In this document: one piece after another, positions 1-9,518 of the stretch | How the letters are laid out: each line of letters begins with the position of its first letter | Position numbering within the stretch: position 1 is the stretch's first letter | Program-made: the position numbers and the translations under genes | Notes under the pieces: generated by a model | Databases searched by the model: none | Seen by the model: only the letters and a program-made list of their open reading frames with translations | What the model was told of the DNA's origin: nothing | From: Patescibacteria group bacterium | GTDB lineage: Bacteria > Patescibacteriota > Patescibacteriia > Magasanikbacterales > GWA2-37-8 | Reading direction: 5' to 3' | DNA: 64,000 bases | Assembly: GCA_028688375.1 (NCBI GenBank) | Contig: JAQTYG010000001.1 | Span: 99,345 to 163,344, forward strand

Positions 1-2
1 CT

Positions 3-143
3 GATGCCGATTTAATCGGCCTGCCCTATCGGGTGATTGTTTCCGCCAAAACATTAGCGGAAAAATCCGTGGAAATTAAAAAACGAGACGCGGTGGAAGC
101 CAAATTAGTGGCGACAAAATCTCTGCTTAAAGAACTTGCTTAA
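3..143 (+). CDS. proS: Prolyl-tRNA synthetase, C-terminal anticodon-binding domain (5'-truncated by window edge)
   Basis: Frame 3 reads DADLIGLPYRVIVSAKTLAEKSVEIKKRD...KELA*; DADLIGxP is typical of the ProRS anticodon domain; TAA at 141-143. Confidence 0.75.
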   Translation, partial: DADLIGLPYRVIVSAKTLAEKSVEIKKRDAVEAKLVATKSLLKELA

Positions 144-149
144 TATTTC

Positions 150-1274
150 ATGAACGTTATCGTTCACTTTGACGAAATTTTTCTCAAAGGCAACAATCAG
201 GGAACGTTTACCAAAAAGCTGGCTGATAATATCCGCCGGCTTTTTAAAGGCGTCACCGCGCGTCGGGTGGAGGGAGGCTTTGTGTTGGAAGGACTTAAAG
301 AAAATGAATGGGACCGTTTGGCCAATATTCCCGGTATAGCCAAATACGCGGCGGCTAAAGAATGTAAGCGCGATCTGGACTCCATCAAAAAAATTCTTTC
401 TGGTTGGCCGATTGATCCCACGGCTAAAACATTCCGGATTTCCGCTTCGCGCGCGGATAAAAGTTATAAGCTGACTTCTGAAGAAATTAATCGCGAACTC
501 GGCCGATTTATCGGAGAGACGCGCGGGCTAAAAGTAAATTTGCACGACTTTGATCTTAATCTGCACGTGGATATCGGTCGGACGAAAGCGATTATTTACG
601 AGAAAATGTCCGAGGGCGCCGGCGGTTTGCCGGTAGGCACGGCCGGCAGAGTGCTCTGTTTGCTTTCCGGCGGGATAGACAGCCCGGTGGCCGCTTACAA
701 AATGATGCTACGAGGCGCGGAAGTGGAATTGATCCATTTTCAAAATCAAACCCAGGTGACGGAAGAAGTTTCGGAAAAAATTATTGACCTGGCTAAAGTG
801 CTGGCGCGTTATCAACCGAGAATCAAATTAACGATTGTGCCGTTCGGTGATTGGCAGAAACAGATCATTATGAAAATTCCGGCTGATTACCGAATGTTGG
901 CCAGCCGGCGGTTGATGTTTAAAATCTCGGCCAAAACCGCGGTTGGTGATGGGTGTCAGGCGTTGGTGGTGGGCGATAGTTTGGGGCAAGTGGCGTCTCA
1001 GACACTGGAAAATATGAGCGTGGTGTATGAAGCGGTCACGATGCTTAAATTCGCTCCATTAATCGGCGCCAACAAAAGCGAGATCGTAAAATTGGCCCGG
1101 CGGATCGGTACACTGGATATTTCCAGCCGGCCGTACGAAGATTGTTGTTCGTTATTTGTAGCCAAACATCCGAAAACAAAAGCGAAAATCGGGGAGGTAT
1201 TAAAACTGGAAAAAACCCTGGATTTGTCCGCCCTTGACAATGTTCGAGGAATATCATACTATATTAGTATATAA
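150..1274 (+). CDS. thiI: tRNA 4-thiouridine synthase ThiI
   Basis: EIFLKGNN N-terminus, THUMP domain, GGLPVGT, LLSGGIDSPVA PP-loop, GDSLGQVASQT, YEDCC. Confidence 0.93.
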   Translation: MNVIVHFDEIFLKGNNQGTFTKKLADNIRRLFKGVTARRVEGGFVLEGLKENEWDRLANIPGIAKYAAAKECKRDLDSIKKILSGWPIDPTAKTFRISASRADKSYKLTSEEINRELGRFIGETRGLKVNLHDFDLNLHVDIGRTKAIIYEKMSEGAGGLPVGTAGRVLCLLSGGIDSPVAAYKMMLRGAEVELIHFQNQTQVTEEVSEKIIDLAKVLARYQPRIKLTIVPFGDWQKQIIMKIPADYRMLASRRLMFKISAKTAVGDGCQALVVGDSLGQVASQTLENMSVVYEAVTMLKFAPLIGANKSEIVKLARRIGTLDISSRPYEDCCSLFVAKHPKTKAKIGEVLKLEKTLDLSALDNVRGISYYISI

Positions 1275-1275
1275 T

Positions 1276-1857
1276 ATGTCCAAAGAGATAGTGTTTGACA
1301 TCGAAACCCAGAACAGTTTTGCCGAGGTGGATAACGACATGAAGAAATTCAAAATCTCCGTGGTCTCCATCTACCGTTACGAAACCGGCGAATTTGAGAG
1401 CTTTTTGGAATCAGAACTGGGTCGGCTGTGGCCGATTTTGGAGAAAGCCGACCGCTTGATCGGCTACAACAGTGAGCATTTTGATCTGCCCATCATGCAG
1501 AATTATTACCCGGGCGACCTGCTCAAAATTCCACATTTGGATATTATGAAGCATGTTAAGGCCGGCTTGGGCATCCGACTTAAATTGGACGATTTAGCTC
1601 AAGCGACCTTAGACGACGTTAAAAAGAGCGCTGACGGTATGCAAGCGATTCGCTGGTGGAAAGAAGGAAAAATTGATGAGATAAAAAAATACTGTGAACA
1701 AGATGTCGATATTACCAAAAAGATTTACGAATTCGGTCGGGACAATCGCCAGTTGTTTTATAAAAGCCTGACCGGCGACATTACGCCCTTTGCCGTGGAT
1801 TTTACACCCGCGGTTCAATTGGACAAAAATAAAATTAATTTAACTTTGCCATTTTAA
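1276..1857 (+). CDS. RNase H-like / DEDD 3'-5' exonuclease-domain protein (YprB-like)
   Basis: VFDIET, IGYNSEHFDLP and YCEQDV exonuclease motifs; ATG at 1276 just after the thiI stop preferred to TTG 1234. Confidence 0.75.
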   Translation: MSKEIVFDIETQNSFAEVDNDMKKFKISVVSIYRYETGEFESFLESELGRLWPILEKADRLIGYNSEHFDLPIMQNYYPGDLLKIPHLDIMKHVKAGLGIRLKLDDLAQATLDDVKKSADGMQAIRWWKEGKIDEIKKYCEQDVDITKKIYEFGRDNRQLFYKSLTGDITPFAVDFTPAVQLDKNKINLTLPF

Positions 1858-1858
1858 T

Positions 1859-2260
1859 ATGTTGACCTTGCGCCGAGAAACCGATTACGCCATTCACATG
1901 TTGAAACATTTAGCCAAAAACAAAGTCGGCTATGTTAGTTTGCGCGAATTGGCCGAAGACACCGGAATTTCTTTTCTGTTTCTACAAAAAATCGCCCGCA
2001 AAATGCGCCAAGCGCGCCTGATTAAAGCCGGCGCCGGCGTGAGCGGGGGATATTGTTTGAATATTCCGGCTGAGCGCGTCACTTTGAAAAAAATTATTGT
2101 GGCGGTGGAAGGTTCAGCGGCCATTCTGCCATGTATGTGCGCGAACAAAAGCGCCCATTGTAAAGGCAAAGGCGAAAAATGCGCGCTGAAACAAAAACTG
2201 GCCAAGGTCAACAAGCAAATCGATAGCTTGTTTGATAAAATGAAATTGACGGACATGTAA
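1859..2260 (+). CDS. Rrf2-family transcriptional regulator (IscR-like)
   Basis: ETDYAIH...SLRELAE...FLQKI...GVSGGYCL; Cys-rich C-terminal segment CMC..HC..KC; directly upstream of iscS. Confidence 0.88.
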   Translation: MLTLRRETDYAIHMLKHLAKNKVGYVSLRELAEDTGISFLFLQKIARKMRQARLIKAGAGVSGGYCLNIPAERVTLKKIIVAVEGSAAILPCMCANKSAHCKGKGEKCALKQKLAKVNKQIDSLFDKMKLTDM

Positions 2261-2261
2261 T

Positions 2262-3476
2262 ATGTTGCCTAAACCGAAAAAAATAAAAAAGATTTATCTG
2301 GACCACGCCGCTACCACGCCGGTTGACGAGCGGGTTTTTTCGGCCATGAAACCGTATTTTATGAAAGAATTCGGCAATCCTTCGGCTTTATATAATTTAG
2401 GCCGTACCGCGCAAACCGCCGTGACTGAAGCGCGAAAAAAAATCGCCGGACTGCTCCACGCCCTGCCGGAGAATATTATTTTTACCGGGAGCGGTTCGGA
2501 ATCGGATAATTTAGCCATTTTGGGCGTGGTCAAAGCGCATCAGCACAAAGGCAAACATATTGTTTCCCTGGGCATTGAACACCATGCTGTCCTGCGCCCG
2601 TTGGAAGATTTGGCCAAAAACGGTTTTGCCGTAACTTATGTGCCGGTAGGAAAAGATGGTTTGGTGGATGTCGAAGCCGTAGTAAAGGCTATTCGTCCGG
2701 AGACGATTTTAGTGACTATAATGTACGCTAATAACGAAATGGGCGCGATTCAGCCGATCGCCGAGATTGGGCGGGAAATTTTAAAATATCGCAAAGCCCA
2801 TAATACGATTTATCCTTTTTGGCACAGTGACGCCTGCCAGGCCTCGGAATATCTGGATTTGGATGTGGAAAAATTACATGTAGATTTGATGACGTTAAAC
2901 GGCAGTAAAATGTATGGACCGAAAGGCGTGGGTATGTTGTATCTGCGTCGTGGAGTGTCAATCAAGCCGTTAATTTTAGGCGGTGGACAGGAGAAATCTC
3001 GCCGAGCCGGCACGGAAAATGTTCCGGCAATCGTTGGGTTGGCTAAAGCGTTGGAATTGGCGCAAAAAGATAAAGCCAAAGAATCGGCGCGTTTGCGCGA
3101 GCTGACGGCGTATTTTTGGAAAAAAATTCAGGAAAAAATTCCCGATGTTCGGCTTAACGGTCCGGCGATCGGGGAAAGCCGCCTGCCGAACAATCTCAAC
3201 GTTACTTTTATGAATATCGAAGGCGAGGCTATGCTTTTGTACTTGGACGAATATGGTATAATGTGCTCCACCGGTTCGGCCTGCACTTCGGAATCGCTGG
3301 AACCGTCGCACGTGTTGCGCGCCATGGGGATGCCCTTTGAGATGGCGCACGGCAGTTTGCGTTTTACTTTTGGCCACAGCAACACCAGAGCCGACATTGA
3401 TTATATTCTGAAATATCTGCCGGCCGTGGTGGCCCAATTGCGTGAAATGAGCCCGATGCAATCACAAAAACATTAA
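2262..3476 (+). CDS. iscS: Cysteine desulfurase IscS/NifS
   Basis: IYLDHAATTP, GNPS, EHHAV, SKMYGPKG PLP-lysine motif, STGSACTS catalytic Cys. Confidence 0.95.
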   Translation: MLPKPKKIKKIYLDHAATTPVDERVFSAMKPYFMKEFGNPSALYNLGRTAQTAVTEARKKIAGLLHALPENIIFTGSGSESDNLAILGVVKAHQHKGKHIVSLGIEHHAVLRPLEDLAKNGFAVTYVPVGKDGLVDVEAVVKAIRPETILVTIMYANNEMGAIQPIAEIGREILKYRKAHNTIYPFWHSDACQASEYLDLDVEKLHVDLMTLNGSKMYGPKGVGMLYLRRGVSIKPLILGGGQEKSRRAGTENVPAIVGLAKALELAQKDKAKESARLRELTAYFWKKIQEKIPDVRLNGPAIGESRLPNNLNVTFMNIEGEAMLLYLDEYGIMCSTGSACTSESLEPSHVLRAMGMPFEMAHGSLRFTFGHSNTRADIDYILKYLPAVVAQLREMSPMQSQKH

Positions 3477-3479
3477 AAT

Positions 3480-4148
3480 ATGAAGACGCAAAAGAATAAA
3501 AAAATAAAATCAGCGGATGTTCGCGGTCAAAAGGGCGAGAGTTGGTTATATTCGGATGTAGTCAAAGAGCATTTCTTCAACCCGCGTAATTTCATGCATT
3601 ACGACGAGGAGAAAAAGTTTAAATTTAATGCCACCGGCCGGGTCGGTTCGCCGGCTTGCGGAGATGAAATGGTGCTGTGGTTGAAGATTGACCCTAAAAC
3701 GGAAAAAATTAAAGATTGCCGTTGGCGCACTTTTGGTTGCGGTTCGGCGATTGCTTCCACCTCCGTCATGAGCGAAATGGTAAAGGAAAAAGGCGGAATG
3801 AAACTGGACGACGCGCTAAAAATTACGCCCAATGATATAATGAAACGGCTGGGTGGGTTGCCGGATCGTAAAATCCACTGTTCAGTGCTCGGCGACAAAG
3901 CTTTGCAGGCGGCGATCAACGATTATTTCCGCCAAACAAAACAGCATAAACGCATCATAACCGCCGGCGCTAAGGTCATTGATAAAGATTTAAATATTAC
4001 CGACCACGATATTGAGGAGGCGGTGCTGGAAGGCGCGCATACGATTGAGGACGTACAAAAACGTTTGAAAGTCGGCGTGGCCAAACCGGAAGCCAAAGAG
4101 GCGATCGAGGAGTTGATTCGTTTTTATTGGGAAAAATATTTTAGTTAA
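3480..4148 (+). CDS. iscU: Fe-S scaffold IscU/NifU N-terminal domain fused to a degenerate BFD-like domain
   Basis: YSDVVKEHFFNPRN, SPACGD, TFGCGSAIAS and KIHCSVL carry the three scaffold Cys; extra C-terminal domain of about 55 aa. Confidence 0.88.
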   Translation: MKTQKNKKIKSADVRGQKGESWLYSDVVKEHFFNPRNFMHYDEEKKFKFNATGRVGSPACGDEMVLWLKIDPKTEKIKDCRWRTFGCGSAIASTSVMSEMVKEKGGMKLDDALKITPNDIMKRLGGLPDRKIHCSVLGDKALQAAINDYFRQTKQHKRIITAGAKVIDKDLNITDHDIEEAVLEGAHTIEDVQKRLKVGVAKPEAKEAIEELIRFYWEKYFS

Positions 4149-4164
4149 TTAATTCATATTTCTT

Positions 4165-4347
4165 ATGACACCAAAAGTGGATAAAGAAAAATGCATCGGC
4201 TGCGGCGCCTGCGTTGCGGTAGCGCCGAACACCTTCGCCATGGGCGATGACGGCAAGTCTGAAGTTACTAACCCGACCGGCGATCCGGAAGCGACGATCC
4301 AGTCCGCTGTTGACGGTTGTCCGGTTCAGGCGATTACACTGGAATAA
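4165..4347 (+). CDS. Small single-cluster ferredoxin
   Basis: CIGCGAC...GCPVQAI pattern, 60 aa, last gene of the isc-like cluster. Confidence 0.88.
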   Translation: MTPKVDKEKCIGCGACVAVAPNTFAMGDDGKSEVTNPTGDPEATIQSAVDGCPVQAITLE

Positions 4348-4363
4348 AGCGTTTAATAAGGAG

Positions 4364-4390
4364 AACGCCCCGCATTCGCGGGGTGTTTTT
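4364..4390 (+). terminator. Rho-independent terminator after ferredoxin
   Basis: AACGCCCCGC-attc-GCGGGGTGTT followed by T run. Confidence 0.75.
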
Positions 4391-4431
4391 CATTTGCTTT
4401 TTTACCGCTTTTTTGGCATAATACCGTCATT

Positions 4432-5103
4432 ATGTCCAACGGAAAACTATATATTGTCGCCACGCCGATCGGGAATCTCGGCGATATCACCCTACGCGCG
4501 CTGGAAACGCTGAAAAGCGTTGATTATATATTATGCGAAGACACGCGCGTGACCAAAAATCTTTTGGCCCATTTTAAAATTAGCAAATCGCTGGTGAGCT
4601 ATCATCAGCATAGCGATTTGAAAAAAACTAAAGAAATTACGCAGTTACTGCAAGCAGGCAAAAACTTGGCGCTGGTTACTGACGCCGGCACACCGGGCAT
4701 CTCCGACCCGGGGAATTTGCTGATTGCCGAATTGGTCAAGGCCGGCGTGAAAGAGATTATTCCGATTCCGGGCGCCAGCGCGGCCATCTCCGCTTTATCC
4801 ATTTCCGGTTTTCCCACGGACAAGTTTGTTTTTATGGGTTTTCCGCCACAAAAAAACAAACGACAAAAATATTTTCAGGAAGTGGCCGATTGCCAATACA
4901 CCGCGGTTTTCTACGAATCCGGCCATCGCATTAAAAAATGTCTGGACGAATTAAAAAATGTGCTTGACGCAAAACGTCAAATTATCGTTTGCCGTGAGCT
5001 GACCAAAATGTTTGAAACTATTTATCGCGGTACCATTGCCGAAGTGTTCGAAGAAATGAAAGACGAGAGAGGGGAGTTTGTTGTGATTATTTCAAAAAAA
5101 TAA
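4432..5103 (+). CDS. rsmI: 16S rRNA (C1402-2'-O)-methyltransferase
   Basis: LYIVATPIGNLGDIT, CEDTR, DAGTPGISDPG, RELTKMFE. Confidence 0.95.
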   Translation: MSNGKLYIVATPIGNLGDITLRALETLKSVDYILCEDTRVTKNLLAHFKISKSLVSYHQHSDLKKTKEITQLLQAGKNLALVTDAGTPGISDPGNLLIAELVKAGVKEIIPIPGASAAISALSISGFPTDKFVFMGFPPQKNKRQKYFQEVADCQYTAVFYESGHRIKKCLDELKNVLDAKRQIIVCRELTKMFETIYRGTIAEVFEEMKDERGEFVVIISKK

Positions 5104-5110
5104 TATTTTT

Positions 5111-6640
5111 ATGTCAAAATACTACATCACCACCGCCATTCCTTACGCCAATGATAATCCGCACATCGGGCACGCGATTTTGTTTTTGTATGCCGATGTC
5201 ATGGCGCGCTATCAGCGAATTTTGGGTAAAGAGGTATATTTTTTGATCGGCACCGACGAACATGGCCAAAAGATGCTCAAAGCGGCCAAAGAGCACGGCG
5301 TGCCGGTGGCGGATTATTGTAGCGCCAAATCGGCTGTTTTTCAGAACCTGGCCGATCAATGGAATATTACTAACGACGATTTTATCCGCACCACGGAAAA
5401 ACGCCACATGGACGCGGCGCAAAAATTTTGGCAAGAGGCCGAGGCGAGCGGGGATATTTATAAAAAGAAATATTCCGGTTTGTATTGCGTCGGCTGTGAG
5501 GCCTACAAAACAGAAAAGGATTTGGTGGACGGTAAATGCCCCGACCATCAGAAAGAGCCCGAGATTTTAGAAGAAGAAAATTATTTTTTCCGTTTATCCA
5601 AATATCAGGAACCGCTGGAATTACTTTTTGCCCAGCATCCGGAATTTGTTTATCCGCAAAATCGTTATAACGAAATGCTGAATATTTTAAAAAACGGCTT
5701 GGAGGATATCAGCGTTTCCCGCGCCACCGATAAGCTCACCTGGGGCATCCCGGTGCCGGGCGATGACTCGCAGGTGATGTATGTTTGGTTTGATGCGCTA
5801 ACCAATTACATTACCGCGTTGGGTTATGGGTCAAAAAACGACAAACTTTTTAAAAAATATTGGCCGGCGGACGCGCACGTGATCGGCAAGGAAATCAATC
5901 GCTTCCATTCTTTGCTTTGGTCGGCGATGTTAATGTCCGCGGGCGTGGAATTGCCGAAAATGATCGCCGCCCACGGTTGGATTACCATCGACGGACAGAA
6001 AATGAGCAAGTCCATCGGCAATGTCATTGACCCGCTGAAAATGTCATCCGATTATCCGGTGGACGCGGTGCGGTATTTCTTTATGCGTGAATTGCCGTTT
6101 GACAGTGACGGCGATTATTCCGAAGACAAATTTATCGCCCGTTACAACGGCGATTTGGCTAACGGCATCGGCAATTTAACCAACCGTATTTTAGTAATGA
6201 TTGAAAAATATTGCGCCGGCACCGTGCCCAAAGTAAAAAATGTTGACCATAGCCTGATTGATTTTCTGAAAAATGAAATTTGGCCGGCTTATGAAGAAGG
6301 GATGGGAAAATTCCGGTTTGATCGGGCGATGGAAACAGTCTGGAAATATATTACGCATTGCGATCAAAAAATTTCCGATTCACAGCCTTGGGCCATGGCC
6401 AAAGCCGGCAAAACCGAGGAAGTGAACGATCTGCTATACCATTTAGCCGAATCTTTGCGCCAAATCGCTGTCATGATTTGGCCGGTGATGCCGGAGACCG
6501 CGGAAAAAATCATCACCCAGCTTGGTCTGGATACGGCCGAAGAATTTGCCAAACCACTTGAGGAATTGAAAAATTGGGTGGAATTAACCGTGGGAAAAAA
6601 TATCCAAACACCCGAACCGCTATTTCCGCGTTTGGAATAG
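5111..6640 (+). CDS. metG: Methionyl-tRNA synthetase (short form)
   Basis: YITTAIPYAN, HIGH, GTDEHGQK, YVWFDAL, KMSKS. Confidence 0.96.
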   Translation: MSKYYITTAIPYANDNPHIGHAILFLYADVMARYQRILGKEVYFLIGTDEHGQKMLKAAKEHGVPVADYCSAKSAVFQNLADQWNITNDDFIRTTEKRHMDAAQKFWQEAEASGDIYKKKYSGLYCVGCEAYKTEKDLVDGKCPDHQKEPEILEEENYFFRLSKYQEPLELLFAQHPEFVYPQNRYNEMLNILKNGLEDISVSRATDKLTWGIPVPGDDSQVMYVWFDALTNYITALGYGSKNDKLFKKYWPADAHVIGKEINRFHSLLWSAMLMSAGVELPKMIAAHGWITIDGQKMSKSIGNVIDPLKMSSDYPVDAVRYFFMRELPFDSDGDYSEDKFIARYNGDLANGIGNLTNRILVMIEKYCAGTVPKVKNVDHSLIDFLKNEIWPAYEEGMGKFRFDRAMETVWKYITHCDQKISDSQPWAMAKAGKTEEVNDLLYHLAESLRQIAVMIWPVMPETAEKIITQLGLDTAEEFAKPLEELKNWVELTVGKNIQTPEPLFPRLE

Positions 6641-6711
6641 GCGTTCTTTGAAAAAATATTTTGGGGTAAGGAGAACCAATGGGAGATGAGTCCCGGAAAG
6701 GAGTAATCACG

Positions 6712-7056
6712 ATGGGTCTTGAACCTTTTGCCTTGCTTCGTGATTACTTGAAAAAATCACAAGCACTCGACCGATGCGATAAAAGGAACATTTCTTTTTA
6801 TCGCATTTTGCTCACCGATAAGGAGGACATTCAATTTGAGGTAAAAGCTCGCGCCGAAGAAATGGAGCGGGTCCTGCGCGAAGAGTTTTATCGCATACCG
6901 CGCGGCATCAGCGCCAAAGACCCGCTATTTTCTCGCGCGCTTTTCATCGTTTACACCGAATGGTTGAGCATGGTCGGAGCGTTGCCGGAAAAAAATCGGC
7001 AAAATCTCGCCGACCTGGTCGCCAGCGCCAAACGTATTTTGGCGGAAGAAACCTGA
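6712..7056 (+). CDS. Orphan hypothetical protein (alternative start 6679)
   Basis: Open frame filling the metG-cvpA gap; AAGGAG SD before both in-frame ATGs (6679 and 6712); no recognisable motif. Confidence 0.6.
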   Translation: MGLEPFALLRDYLKKSQALDRCDKRNISFYRILLTDKEDIQFEVKARAEEMERVLREEFYRIPRGISAKDPLFSRALFIVYTEWLSMVGALPEKNRQNLADLVASAKRILAEET

Positions 7057-7113
7057 CTCTTTTCCCACCCACCGGCCACTGTTCCTCAGTGGCCCCTTTA
7101 CCCAAAAATATTT

Positions 7114-7135
7114 ATTCCGACTGAAACGTCGGAAT
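7114..7135. repeat. Short REP-like palindrome
   Basis: ATTCCGAC-tgaaac-GTCGGAAT; shares a CCGAC-N5/6-GTCGG core with the hairpin at the atpH 3' end. Confidence 0.5.
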
Positions 7136-7149
7136 TAATAACATTTTTT

Positions 7150-7671
7150 ATGTCCTTCTTCGACCTCGTCCTCCTCATAATTATCGTCGGTTTTGGCCTG
7201 GCCGGCCTATGGTTTGGTTTGGTGCAATCAATCGGTTCGTTGGTCGGCACGGTACTGGGCGTTTATTTAGCCTTTAGTTATTACGCGCCGGTCGCCAGCT
7301 GGATTATGGCCACTACCGGTTGGCAGGGGAACATTACGCGATTGGTGGTTTTTGTCGTCGCTTTTGTTTTAATTAATCGTTTGGTGGGTTTGGTTTTTTG
7401 GTTGCTCAACAAAATTTTTGGCTGGTTCACCCGTCTGCCTTTCATTAATTCCGTCAATCGGATGCTTGGTTTGGCCTTTGGGCTGATCGAAGGCGCTATG
7501 ATCGTCGGCGTGACTCTTTATTTTATCGCGCGCTTTCCGCTGGGGGCCAACTTTATGTCGGCCTTGTCCGCGTCAAAAGTCGCGCCATATTTAGATAGTT
7601 TAATTTCGGTATTGAAGCCGTTTATTCCGGAAGCGATTAAAATCGTTAAAAGTACGATCGGTTTATTTTAA
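7150..7671 (+). CDS. CvpA family membrane protein
   Basis: FDLVLLIII...GLWFGLV...NRMLGLAFGLIEG; four TM segments typical of CvpA. Confidence 0.85.
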   Translation: MSFFDLVLLIIIVGFGLAGLWFGLVQSIGSLVGTVLGVYLAFSYYAPVASWIMATTGWQGNITRLVVFVVAFVLINRLVGLVFWLLNKIFGWFTRLPFINSVNRMLGLAFGLIEGAMIVGVTLYFIARFPLGANFMSALSASKVAPYLDSLISVLKPFIPEAIKIVKSTIGLF

Positions 7672-7672
7672 T

Positions 7673-9517
7673 ATGCGTCGAATATTTTTAGCCTCGGCCA
7701 TTTGTTTTGTTTTTATTTTAAGCGGCTGTCAGGCCGACTGGTCGTTATATCCGAACGATAAAATTTTAACGTCAAAAAATAATCCGCCGGCAGCCGAGGC
7801 GACGAATAGCAAAGAACCGCTGTCATACAATACCAACGCCGACGGGCCGATGTATGAAATATTTTTAAAGCAAGCCAAAGAGGTGGGGGATATCGGCCCG
7901 GTGCGTGGCGCCATCGTTCCGCACCATTTGGTCGGTGGCTATATTCCCGCCACTCTGTTCACTTATTTAGCCAAGCAAAAACCTTCCCTTGTGGTTTTGT
8001 TCGGGCCGAATCATTTTAATCGCGGTGAGGCCAAGGTAATTACTTCGGCGCGCGATTGGCAGACCCAGTTGGGCGTGGTGAAAACCGCTCAAACCGTGGC
8101 CGGAAAATTAGCCGAGCAAGGGGTGGCTAAAATTGATGAAGAAGTTTTTAAAACCGAACACTCCATTAGCGCTTTAACTCCGTTTATTGCCACCACACTG
8201 CCGAAAACTAAAATTTTACCGTTAGTATTTCCGTATTACACCGACACCGCGACGCTGGACAAACTCATCGCCGCGCTGGCGCCGTTATTACCCGACGACG
8301 CGGTTTTTGTCTCATCCATTGATTTTTCGCATTATCAAAATCCGACCATAACGGAATTTCACGACGAACTTAATCGGGCGGTAATTAAAAATTTTGCCTA
8401 CGGCAGAATCGGGGAAATGGAAATTGATTCCCCGGCCAGCGCTTATTTGCTGATGAAATTTATGGAACGCCTCGGCGCGCAAAAAGTGGTTTACGAATTA
8501 AGCGACAATTCCGCCCGGTTGATGGGCAATCCGGCGCTGGCAGAGGGGACCAGTTATTATTCGCCGTATTTTACAGCGGGAGAAAAAAGCGAAGATCGGC
8601 TGTCGTCAATGTTGTTTTTCGGCGACCTGATGCTGGACCGCAACGTTAAAAAGCAAATCGACGCGAACGGAAGCGATTATATTTTTTCCAAACTGGCCGG
8701 CGAAGAAAATCGCTTTTTTATGGGCACGGATTTGATTCACGCGAATTTGGAAGGGCCGTTTGCCGATGCGCGCCGAGCGACTACCAAAGAAATCGCTTTT
8801 CGATTTGACCCCCTGCTTTTGCCGATGTTAAAAAAATATAATTTCGGCATGTTCAGTCAAGCGAACAATCATACGCTGGATATGGGCTCGGCGGGCTTTG
8901 ATGAATCGTTAAAAAACCTTAAATCGGCCGGGTTTAATGTTTACGGAGCGCAGTATCGGATTGATGACAGCTCGATCAAAGTTAAGCAGGTCGGAGATAA
9001 CACAATTCTTTTTATTGGCTTGAACGACACTAATACTCCGGTGGATATGGAAAAAGTTAAACAGCTGATTTTACGGGGTCAGAGCATCGACGCCAACTTG
9101 GAACCGGAGTACACTATTGTTAATATCCATTGGGGGGAAGAATATAAAGAAATATCCAACACCCGCCAACGACAGTTAGCGCATGCGTTAATCGACGCGG
9201 GAGCGGACATCGTCATTGGCACCCACCCGCACGTGGTGCAAGAGATGGAAATTTATAAAAATAGACCGATTTTTTACTCGTTAGGAAATTTTGTTTTTGA
9301 TCAATATTTTTCCGTGCCGACTCAACAGGGCTTGGGTCTGGGCATAATTTTACGACGTGACACCCTGACGCTTTACCCGATTCCTTTGGAGCAAAATAAA
9401 AGCCAAGTGTCGCAAATGCTTTATGAAAAACGCGTTAAATATTTGGAAGATTGGCTGGCGAAAAGCCGGTTGGGAGAATATAAATTTACCAATAATAAAA
9501 TAATAATTAATATATAG
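7673..9517 (+). CDS. Lipoprotein: MEMO1-like (AmmeMemoRadiSam B) domain fused to a CapA/PGA_cap metallophosphatase domain
   Basis: Lipobox LSGC; IVPHH, GPNH, EHS and SIDFSHY (MEMO); GDLML, NLEGP, ANNH, HWGEEY, GTHPHV and YSLGNFVFDQ (CapA). Confidence 0.82.
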   Translation: MRRIFLASAICFVFILSGCQADWSLYPNDKILTSKNNPPAAEATNSKEPLSYNTNADGPMYEIFLKQAKEVGDIGPVRGAIVPHHLVGGYIPATLFTYLAKQKPSLVVLFGPNHFNRGEAKVITSARDWQTQLGVVKTAQTVAGKLAEQGVAKIDEEVFKTEHSISALTPFIATTLPKTKILPLVFPYYTDTATLDKLIAALAPLLPDDAVFVSSIDFSHYQNPTITEFHDELNRAVIKNFAYGRIGEMEIDSPASAYLLMKFMERLGAQKVVYELSDNSARLMGNPALAEGTSYYSPYFTAGEKSEDRLSSMLFFGDLMLDRNVKKQIDANGSDYIFSKLAGEENRFFMGTDLIHANLEGPFADARRATTKEIAFRFDPLLLPMLKKYNFGMFSQANNHTLDMGSAGFDESLKNLKSAGFNVYGAQYRIDDSSIKVKQVGDNTILFIGLNDTNTPVDMEKVKQLILRGQSIDANLEPEYTIVNIHWGEEYKEISNTRQRQLAHALIDAGADIVIGTHPHVVQEMEIYKNRPIFYSLGNFVFDQYFSVPTQQGLGLGIILRRDTLTLYPIPLEQNKSQVSQMLYEKRVKYLEDWLAKSRLGEYKFTNNKIIINI

Positions 9518-9518
9518 T

